Of a stretch of DNA of 7,037 nt, positions 1-5,984 are shown piece by piece (position 1 is the stretch's first letter; every line of letters begins with the position of its first letter). The notes under the pieces were generated by a model, which was not told where the DNA came from, ran no database searches, and saw only the letters and a list, made by a program, of their open reading frames with translations. The stretch lies in IMG/VR virus record IMGVR_UViG_2645727717_000001; one strand, written 5' to 3'. A program made the translations under genes and the position numbers. The stretch comes from a virus. Taxonomy: Monodnaviria; Loebvirae; Hofneiviricota; Faserviricetes; Tubulavirales; Inoviridae.

Positions 1-260
1 TTAACCTGGTAATATCTCTCTTGGGTGACTCTCCAAACATCCGCGAATATTCCCGACAGAAATGGGATAGCTTTCGTAACCGACAGCATAGGCTGCTGTG
101 GTGACATCGTAATGTTCATTCAGCATCTGTCGCCTGACTTCATTGAGACGTAGCCATTTCTGATACCAGAGTGGACTCATTCCCGCTTGATCCGTCCTTA
201 AATAAGTAACAGCACCCTCTGGTGTTTTCGTATGCAGTGTCTATGCGACAGACACTGCGC
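1..260 (-). pseudogene. AraC/XylS-family transcriptional regulator, C-terminal HTH region, decayed (at least two frameshifts); runs off the left edge of the window
   Basis: Minus-strand translation gives ...AGMSPLWYQKWLRLNEVRRQMLNEHYDVTTAAYAVGYES in one frame, then SHFCREYSRMFGESPKRDITRL in a second frame from ~pos 70; together these match the AraC-family signature (GxSPxxY...RL...VGYES.SxFSREYxRxFGxSP). A further frame break lies around 185-195 and a stop at 241-243. The second frame stays open past position 1. Confidence 0.65.
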
Positions 261-393
261 TCTTAGCATGGGGCAGGGAATAACCAGGCTATTTCTCCAT
301 GCACAGGCCAATTATGAAAGAGGAGAGGCTTAAGTTCTTGAACCCTGAACGAATAACGACTACCAGAAAAGCACTTCGCATCACTCAGACATG

Positions 394-421
394 ATTTAAC
401 ATAATATACATTATGCGCACC
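394..421 (-). other. dif: dif chromosome-dimer resolution site (XerC/XerD target), exact 28-mer
   Basis: Plus strand 394..421 is ATTTAACATAATATACATTATGCGCACC, the exact reverse complement of the canonical E. coli dif GGTGCGCATAA-TGTATA-TTATGTTAAAT. XerD arm = 394..404, central region = 405..410, XerC arm = 411..421. Confidence 0.9.
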
Positions 422-547
422 AATGGTAAGGATGGCAGAATCTGGCGGGAATCGTTGACACTTGGCGTCAACTGGCAACTATCGACAGTGATTCAAAATC
501 ATCCGTTTCTCCAGACGAATCAGAATCAAATGTCTGTCAGCAGTAAG

Positions 548-581
548 TGAACGGCCTGACCTCACCAATCAGGCCTGTTCA
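548..581. repeat. Hairpin / inverted repeat (12-bp stem with one bulge, 9-nt loop)
   Basis: TGAACGGCCTGA (548..559), loop CCTCACCAA (560..568), TCAGGCCTGTTCA (569..581). Core GGCCTGA/TCAGGCC is a perfect 7-bp pair. No T-run follows on either strand. Confidence 0.5.
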
Positions 582-719
582 TCCAGTTGCAGTTGGTAAA
601 TCTGTACCTGATACATGAAACCTTCCCCAGAAATACAGCCACAATGTCAGATAAGATGAACGCTGCCGCGCCGAATCAGCTATAACGCTCAAAATGAAAA
701 CTGTACGGCTTGGCCAACC

Positions 720-755
720 CCGGACAGCAACAAAACGAGTTTTGTCACTGACCGG
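720..755. repeat. 36-bp imperfect palindrome with symmetric mismatches
   Basis: CCGG-a-CAG-ca-ACAAAAC-ga-GTTTTGT-ca-CTG-a-CCGG. The arms pair except at symmetric 1-nt and 2-nt positions, which would give internal loops in a single-stranded fold. Confidence 0.45.
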
Positions 756-801
756 AGTTTACGATAACTTCGTAAGCATTAAATTTTAGCGGCTAAAAAG
801 T

Positions 802-1050
802 TCACCACCACCATGCAAACGGCTTGTTACTGACAGGAAATGCGATACCGTCAGCATCACGACCACGCAAGACCTGATTAAGAAGCTTTCTGACTTCACG
901 GCGCTCTGGCCGGGTCATCATCATATTGCGATACCAGGACGGTGATTTATCAAACCACCTGGAACAACTGGTAAAATGTGAACTAACACGACGGTAAGAC
1001 TTCATGCGACCACTGGGGAGTCGATCGCGCACCCTGCTTTTTACAGACAT
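802..1050 (-). CDS. Hypothetical small basic protein (82 aa), unknown function
   Basis: Only open frame >=60 aa in the region between gIV and dif. ATG at 1048..1050 with GAGG 8 nt upstream and a 21-bp palindrome just upstream. Arg-rich with a C-terminal WWW. No similarity recognised by eye; could be spurious. Confidence 0.3.
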   Translation of the reverse strand: MSVKSRVRDRLPSGRMKSYRRVSSHFTSCSRWFDKSPSWYRNMMMTRPERREVRKLLNQVLRGRDADGIAFPVSNKPFAWWW

Positions 1051-1059
1051 AAAAAACCT

Positions 1060-1080
1060 CTAAGTAATTGAATTACCTAG
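1060..1080. promoter_or_regulatory. Near-perfect 21-bp palindrome, candidate operator
   Basis: CTAAGTAATTgAATTACCTAG; core GTAATT/AATTAC is perfect around a single central base. Lies ~10 bp upstream of the ATG of the 802..1050 ORF on the minus strand. Confidence 0.4.
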
Positions 1081-1119
1081 AAGATGTCTTTCTGTTCATA
1101 TCCTGTCAGTTTTAAGGCC

Positions 1120-1200
1120 ATATAGAGGCTCCGTGGTGAAACGTAAAATCCGGCTCTTGATGTGGCCATACCGGGGCTTAACGCACCCGCCACGGCCCCA
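1120..1200 (-). other. GC-rich dyad-symmetry region immediately downstream of gIV (candidate terminator or packaging/origin hairpins)
   Basis: GGGGC...GCCCC and CCGTGG...CCACGG inverted repeats, two TGGCCA palindromes. Position corresponds to the start of the Ff intergenic region. No clear U-tract. Confidence 0.3.
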
Positions 1201-2466
1201 TCAAAGCGCGCGAATAATATGAGCGGTCAGCAGAACATACATAATGCGTTGCTCATTACTGTCAGCTTTACTCCTGAAAAGCCAGCCAATCACCGGAATT
1301 TTACTGATAAACGGTACAGAACGGTCAGCATTGCTGGATGATGAATCAATCAGCCCACCAAGTAAGAGCGTCTGGCCATCCTTAATCTGAACTGTTGTCT
1401 GTATCTGACGCTGGTTCGTAATAATATCAGATGCCTGGTCATCGTTGCTGATGGAATCAGCGCGGGTATCAATAGTAAGTACAAGCTGGCCGTTCCCCAT
1501 AACAACAGGCGTCACCTTCAGAGATACGCCAACATCATGACGTTCAATGGTCTGAAACGGATTATTTACCCCGGCAGATTCACCCGTAACTTTACCCGTG
1601 ATAAAGGGTACATTTTTACCAACAGAAATATAGCCTGTCTGACCAGACTGGGTAAGAATCCGGGGCGTTGAAATCACCTTAGACCGGGAGTTACTCTGCA
1701 CCGCACGCAGGGATACGGCCAGAACATTACCATCAAAAATGCCAAAAGAGCCGCCGGCAGTCGACAATGCGCTACCCAATGCTGAAGTATTAAAGCCCCC
1801 TGCTACTTTATGCCCGGATGCAGAACCGGCTGCAAACGACAAATCAACACCATCCGACAGACTGGTTTCAAACATCAGCGACTGAATCAAAACCTGATCG
1901 CGGGCAACATCCACTGAATTGATGAAATCGGAAAGGACGGGAAGCAGCTCATCAGGTGCGGAAACAATCAGGGAGTTATTGCCAGGATAATCCACAACAT
2001 TACCCCCGCCATTAGAATCCAGATAAATTTTAACCAGTTGCTGAACATCAGACGATCGAACTTTTGTCAGCTTAAAATTTCTGACAGTAAACTCCACTGG
2101 CGCTGGCTGATAAGATGGCTCAGACGGGAAAGAGTCATAAGACCGAATATCAGCATCATCAAGGTCTGACGCCATCTGTGATGGTAATTTTGACGGCAAA
2201 GAGACTACTGCAGGATTACCCGAAAGCATGACAAATCCGTTAGCATTCAGTACAGATTTGAAGAAACTATCAATATTTGTGGGATTAACATCAGCATTAA
2301 ATACCGTTACGGTTCCTTTAACATCAGGATTAACAATAACGGGCTTGCCAGTTTTTGATGAATACCACTGGACAAATGAGCGAACGGATGAATTATTCAG
2401 GTTAACAGTTTCAGCAGAAACGCAAAAAGAATAAGTGAATAAGATAGCAATGAAAAATAAACGCAT
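1201..2466 (-). CDS. IV: pIV outer-membrane secretin for phage extrusion (421 aa)
   Basis: Collinear similarity to M13 pIV from the signal peptide through the C-terminal ...YVLLTAHIIRAL (M13 ...YVLVKATIVRAL), including GTVTVF, GGSFGIFDGNVL, PFITGKVTGESAGVNNPFQTIER, QTLLLGGL. Start taken at the internal Met (MRLFFIAILF..., ATG 2464..2466) with AGGAG 9 nt upstream; the longer track ORF would overlap gI. Confidence 0.93.
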   Translation of the reverse strand: MRLFFIAILFTYSFCVSAETVNLNNSSVRSFVQWYSSKTGKPVIVNPDVKGTVTVFNADVNPTNIDSFFKSVLNANGFVMLSGNPAVVSLPSKLPSQMASDLDDADIRSYDSFPSEPSYQPAPVEFTVRNFKLTKVRSSDVQQLVKIYLDSNGGGNVVDYPGNNSLIVSAPDELLPVLSDFINSVDVARDQVLIQSLMFETSLSDGVDLSFAAGSASGHKVAGGFNTSALGSALSTAGGSFGIFDGNVLAVSLRAVQSNSRSKVISTPRILTQSGQTGYISVGKNVPFITGKVTGESAGVNNPFQTIERHDVGVSLKVTPVVMGNGQLVLTIDTRADSISNDDQASDIITNQRQIQTTVQIKDGQTLLLGGLIDSSSSNADRSVPFISKIPVIGWLFRSKADSNEQRIMYVLLTAHIIRAL

Positions 2467-2473
2467 AATAATA

Positions 2474-2848
2474 TTACTCCTGGCAGGTGATGTTTTGTAA
2501 ATAACGGCCTTTTCTGATAACAATTCGGCAGGCATCTTTAATATCAACAGAATAACCATCTTTAATTAAATCAAAATACTGGTACTTCATACCCTTAGCA
2601 TCAACAAACGTAACGGAAACATCAAAACCAAGTTGAGAGAAGGAATTAATTGATAGTCTCGGTAAATCGCTGGTACTGTCAGGAGTTACTGCCCTCACCT
2701 GTTCAGCATGAGCAGATTTAATAGCCGAAATCTCATCAGCATTCTTACCAGATTGTAGCCAGAAGCCAAGTCCAAGCCCCAATGCCAGAAATGAAAGCAT
2801 TAATATTAATCGGTTTGATTTTCGAAAGTAAATTTTCGTGAGGCGCAT
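2474..2848 (-). CDS. XI: pXI, in-frame internal start within gI (124 aa)
   Basis: Met241 of pI (MRLTKIYFRK...) aligns with the M13 pXI initiator Met241 (MKLTKIYLKK...) and is followed by a hydrophobic transmembrane stretch. ATG at 2846..2848. Confidence 0.5.
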   Translation of the reverse strand: MRLTKIYFRKSNRLILMLSFLALGLGLGFWLQSGKNADEISAIKSAHAEQVRAVTPDSTSDLPRLSINSFSQLGFDVSVTFVDAKGMKYQYFDLIKDGYSVDIKDACRIVIRKGRYLQNITCQE

Positions 2849-3568
2849 ATAATAATTAAACCCTTTGTTAACGGAAAACTGACCATGTGTAATAAATGGC
2901 GGCAAAAGCGAATAAGCACCATGCGGATAATTATCAGTAAAAGCCTGTTTTGTATTGTAGGCGGAATATAATGACTTTCCGGTATACATCCATTTATCAA
3001 CAGTTATTGAATTAACGTTGTCACCATATTTAACAATACCAAAGTGAACCTTTGGTAAAGAAAAACGAGCACCTGAAATTATATTCATGAAAGAACCAAT
3101 AAATGGGATGTTTAACTTATCTGAACGACGACAATAAACAACATGCTCCGCAAGCGCCAGCCGTGCTTGCTTGTCCATAATCGAAATATCCTGAATCAGA
3201 AAAATAATATCCCAGCCTAATTTACGGGCATGCAAAAACCAGTCAATAACTGGCTGTCTGTCTTTATCCCCCCACGAACGGGAATTAAACCAAGTCCCAC
3301 ATTCATCAAGAACCAGTAGACCATTACGTGATTCATCATAGGAAGTATTGCCTACACCAATAGCCAGCAGATCATTTAATGAAGGTTTGTCAGGGACACG
3401 AATCACGCGTGTTTTTTTCGCATAACGACCAACCATGGGCATATTATGTAGTTTAATATCTAGATTAGTGGCTACAGGACAGCCTTTAGCTAGTCTTTCC
3501 TGTATTCTGGCAACACTAACCAGTGTCTTACCTGAACCTAATTTCCCTGTTACGACATGAACCGTCAT
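2474..3568 (-). CDS. I: pI assembly ATPase (Zot-like), inner-membrane morphogenesis protein (364 aa)
   Basis: N-terminus MTVHVVTGKLGSGKTLVSV... closely matches M13 pI MAVYFVTGKLGSGKTLVSV.... Walker A GKLGSGKT at 3524..3547. Long identical runs (GLLVLDECGTWFN, QPVIDWFLHARKLGWDIIFL, DKQARLALAEHVVYCRR). RBS AAGGTGA upstream; the ATG abuts the gVI stop. Confidence 0.95.
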   Translation of the reverse strand: MTVHVVTGKLGSGKTLVSVARIQERLAKGCPVATNLDIKLHNMPMVGRYAKKTRVIRVPDKPSLNDLLAIGVGNTSYDESRNGLLVLDECGTWFNSRSWGDKDRQPVIDWFLHARKLGWDIIFLIQDISIMDKQARLALAEHVVYCRRSDKLNIPFIGSFMNIISGARFSLPKVHFGIVKYGDNVNSITVDKWMYTGKSLYSAYNTKQAFTDNYPHGAYSLLPPFITHGQFSVNKGFNYYMRLTKIYFRKSNRLILMLSFLALGLGLGFWLQSGKNADEISAIKSAHAEQVRAVTPDSTSDLPRLSINSFSQLGFDVSVTFVDAKGMKYQYFDLIKDGYSVDIKDACRIVIRKGRYLQNITCQE

Positions 3569-3910
3569 TCAAATCACCTTGTTTGCATAATCAAGGAATT
3601 TTTGTTTTAAATCGAAAACAAAAACGCTAATTCGAGTAATCATAATGACATTAACACAGGCCTGAAAATGGTCTGGTAAGACAGATGCAATTAAATGTGA
3701 AAAATCAGCAGGAAGGCCATTGTACATAACCTCAGCAAGATATTGCATTAAGAGAGTGACAGTTGTTGTAATTAATGCAACTAATGCTACAGCTATCAAT
3801 CCTGTTTTAGTCGCAAGGCGTGCGAGGAAGCTTGCCACATAGCCAATAAATAAAGGAACAAGCCCAATAAGAAAACGCAATAGTGCAGGAATACCTAATA
3901 ATAAAGGCAT
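3569..3910 (-). CDS. VI: pVI minor coat protein (113 aa)
   Basis: MPLLLGIPALLRFLIGL... vs M13 pVI MPVLLGIPLLLRFLGFL...; C-terminal FVFDLKQK vs FIFDVKQK. The ATG overlaps the gIII stop (TAATG). Confidence 0.9.
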   Translation of the reverse strand: MPLLLGIPALLRFLIGLVPLFIGYVASFLARLATKTGLIAVALVALITTTVTLLMQYLAEVMYNGLPADFSHLIASVLPDHFQACVNVIMITRISVFVFDLKQKFLDYANKVI

Positions 3911-5153
3911 TACTCACCTCCTTTACGAAGTAATGAGGTTAAAGACGTAAATACATACCAGAAGGTAAGGCAATAAAAAATCCATGAAAGCGCATCTTTG
4001 ATAGTAAGTAATTTATCGCATTCAATATCAATCTGATAAATTTCACCGGGGAAAATAACAAGTTCAGAACAACCATTACCATTAGGTAAACTAGGGAGCA
4101 TAGCACCTTTATTCAGGAATGCTTCCCATAAAGCACCATGAGAATCTTTAGCTATTCCTAATTCGGATTCAGCCAATGTTGAAGCACTGTCTAATTCGGA
4201 ATCCCCTTTCCCATAACGAGAATCACCGCCAGAAGGATCAGCAAAACGTCCGGCTCCGCGAGTAAGGTTATTTATAGCGTCACCAAGACGATTTATATTA
4301 TTTTTAGTCTGTTCATCAGCCGATTTTTTATCATCAGATGAGGTGTCTTTTTCTGTTAACTTATCATGAATCTCACTGGCCATTTTAGGTGAAGCACCTT
4401 CAATAGCTGACTGAATATCTCCTTTGGTAATACTTGAGCCATTACCACCTGAGTTACCGCCACCTGAGTTACCACCGCCTGTATCACCTCCTCCAGTATC
4501 ACCACCCCCCGTATCCCCGCCTCCAGTATCCCCACCATCGCCAGCAGGAGAAGAAGGCTTATCTGAAGGATCGGCTACGGTTCCGGTAGGCTTCCATGTC
4601 GCCGCACAAACAGTGCCATCACCCTGGCAAACAATGACGCCAGTGGCCTCATATTCACAACCGTTATAATAAATATAACGATCACCATCATAAGATAGAC
4701 ATTATTAAATACACCTTCTTCAGGAGGTTTAGCTTCACAAATTTCTTCAGGTGTAGGCTCGGAGGGTTTTTCATCAGGAATAGAACGCTGAATATCACCG
4801 ATAATATAAGCGGTTAAATTCCAGTATTTATCTTTCTGGCCCGGAGAGTCGCTGTAGGTACAAGCGTCAGAAAACACAAGACGGAATTCAGAGTTAGGCC
4901 ATACTCCCTCATAAGTTGGTTTAACCTGAGTAAAAACACCCTGAGCACTGTCTTTAGCCCCCTGACAGGCAGAAGCCTGCATAGCTGCATCAATATAATA
5001 AACAGTTTGTTTAGTGCCATCTTGGTTGGTTATTTGCTTACTTTCAGAATAGGCAGAGCTTTGAAAAGTAGATTTAGTAATGCTTTCCCATGAATCAGCA
5101 TGTGAAAAAGAAGAAATAAGAATAGCGGAAATAATTAATATTTTCCTTTTCAT
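3910..5153 (-). pseudogene. III: pIII adsorption / minor coat protein, split across two frames by an apparent 1-nt deletion near 4698
   Basis: Frame A (5153 -> stop 4575): signal peptide MKRKILIISAILISSFSHA, ~150-aa N-terminal domain, Pro/Glu-rich linker, ...[16 protein letters not shown], then nonsense. Frame B (open 4701 -> 3913): [39 protein letters not shown] (cf. M13 N1 DRYANYEGCLWNATGVVVCTGDETQCYGTWVPIG), Gly-rich linker, C-terminal domain ending ...LPSLP...IDCDKL...FWYVFTSL. Span is 1244 nt, i.e. 3n+2. Confidence 0.8.
4444..4533 (-). repeat. Six imperfect 15-bp tandem repeats encoding the pIII Gly-rich linker
   Basis: Minus strand GGGGATACTGGAGGC / GGGGATACGGGGGGT / GGTGATACTGGAGGA / GGTGATACAGGCGGT / GGTAACTCAGGTGGC / GGTAACTCAGGTGGT, encoding (GGDTG)x4 then (GGNSG)x2. 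Confidence 0.8.
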
Positions 5154-5160
5154 AATAACC

Positions 5161-5190
5161 CGCTTTAATAAAGGGGCAACGAGTGCCCCT
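5161..5190 (-). terminator. Rho-independent terminator between gVIII and gIII
   Basis: Stem AGGGGCA (5172..5178) / TGCCCCT (5184..5190) with 5-nt loop; on the transcribed minus strand it is followed by TTTATT. Same position as the central terminator of Ff phages. Confidence 0.6.
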
Positions 5191-5199
5191 GAGTGAATT

Positions 5200-5442
5200 T
5201 TAAACTGCTTTCGAAGAGAACTTTTTAAACAAACGAATGGCAAGACCCGCACCAACGACAGCGACAACAGCAGGCCATACTTTTGCAATAAGATCGTTTG
5301 CCTGAGTCAGCAGTGAATCCATTGCCTGACCTGCATAGTCAGTGCTACCCGTTGCGCCATCAGCAGCAAAACAACTTGCAGAAACAAAAAGTGCGGTTGA
5401 AGCCACAGCAATTTTAGATTTAATAACAGAAATGACTTTCAT
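5200..5442 (-). CDS. VIII: pVIII major coat protein precursor (80 aa)
   Basis: Signal peptide MKVISVIKSKIAVASTALFVSASCFA, acidic mature N-terminus ADGATG..., hydrophobic core, basic C-terminus LFKKFSSKAV (M13: LFKKFTSKAS). RBS GGAG 9 nt upstream. Confidence 0.93.
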   Translation of the reverse strand: MKVISVIKSKIAVASTALFVSASCFAADGATGSTDYAGQAMDSLLTQANDLIAKVWPAVVAVVGAGLAIRLFKKFSSKAV

Positions 5443-5471
5443 ATAAATAACTCCATTTAAGTTAGGTTTTA

Positions 5472-5567
5472 TTACATTAATCGGTCAGATAATGTTTTAA
5501 ACGAACCGACCGCATAGAAAAGGGCAAATCCTAAGGTATAAGCCCCGAAGAAATACACAATATACAT
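5472..5567 (-). CDS. IX: pIX minor coat protein (31 aa)
   Basis: Hand-translated MYIVYFFGAYTLGFALFYAVGSFKTLSDRLM; resembles M13 pIX (MSVLVYSFASFVLGW...TRLM...). ATG overlaps the gVII stop (TAATG). Below the ORF-track length cutoff. Confidence 0.7.
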   Translation of the reverse strand: MYIVYFFGAYTLGFALFYAVGSFKTLSDRLM

Positions 5568-5653
5568 TAACGAATGACACCTGCGGTAATAGCACCAAGA
5601 CCAAAAGAAATAACAATGCCGGATGCTATTAATATTTGAATAACATCATCCAT
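5567..5653 (-). CDS. VII: pVII minor coat protein (28 aa)
   Basis: Hand-translated MDDVIQILIASGIVISFGLGAITAGVIR; resembles M13 pVII C-terminal half (...QISVVLCFALGIIAGGQR). ATG is 2 nt after the gV-analog stop; AAAGG upstream. Confidence 0.65.
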   Translation of the reverse strand: MDDVIQILIASGIVISFGLGAITAGVIR

Positions 5654-5655
5654 AA

Positions 5656-5973
5656 TTAACCTTTTATTTCAGTGATCCCACCATCTGATGAAATATTATA
5701 AGTCACACCTTCTCTACCCTCCATTGACCAGACACGAACATATACAGGGATTTGAACTAATTTCCCCGTAAAACTATTGGCTTGATTCATGACTCCGGCG
5801 TTCACAAGGGACTGTGATACACGAATAATTATTTGGTCTTGCTTAGTACCGCCAAAACCATCAGGGATCTCTAAACCGATACCAATTTCATTGTAATAGC
5901 CCTGACCATTGACTTTATTACGCTGACGAGCACCAAGCATTTTACCTTTTACAAAAAGACCATAATTAGACAT
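5656..5973 (-). CDS. Putative ssDNA-binding protein, gV positional analog (105 aa); no resemblance to Ff pV
   Basis: Sits between the replication initiator and gVII exactly where gV lies in Ff. AAGGAG RBS 7 nt upstream of the ATG. Function assigned by position only. Confidence 0.5.
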   Translation of the reverse strand: MSNYGLFVKGKMLGARQRNKVNGQGYYNEIGIGLEIPDGFGGTKQDQIIIRVSQSLVNAGVMNQANSFTGKLVQIPVYVRVWSMEGREGVTYNISSDGGITEIKG

Positions 5974-5984
5974 ATCACGCTCCT

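Noticed and set aside
263-478. Minus-strand 71-aa ORF
   Set aside because: Spans the dif site and host intergenic DNA; no RBS or recognisable protein features.
2228-2434. Plus-strand 68-aa ORF
   Set aside because: Lies wholly inside gIV on the opposite strand, which is strongly supported by homology.
1201-2559. Longer 452-aa version of gIV starting at 2559
   Set aside because: Would overlap the last 86 nt of gI and add a non-signal-peptide N-terminus. The internal Met at 2466 gives a proper signal peptide, an RBS, and matches the M13 pIV start.
2806-3000. Minus-strand 64-aa ORF in an alternative frame
   Set aside because: Out-of-frame ORF within gI.
4356-4538. Minus-strand 60-aa ORF ([11 protein letters not shown]...)
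   Set aside because: Same frame as the gIII N-terminal segment but downstream of its stop; the homologous pIII frame here is the other one (Gly linker and C-domain).
4424-4669. Plus-strand 81-aa ORF with Pro-rich repeats ([16 protein letters not shown]...)
   Set aside because: Antisense translation of the gIII Gly-rich linker repeats; an artifact of the tandem repeat.
4814-5020. Minus-strand 68-aa ORF in an alternative frame
   Set aside because: Out-of-frame ORF within the N-terminal part of gIII.
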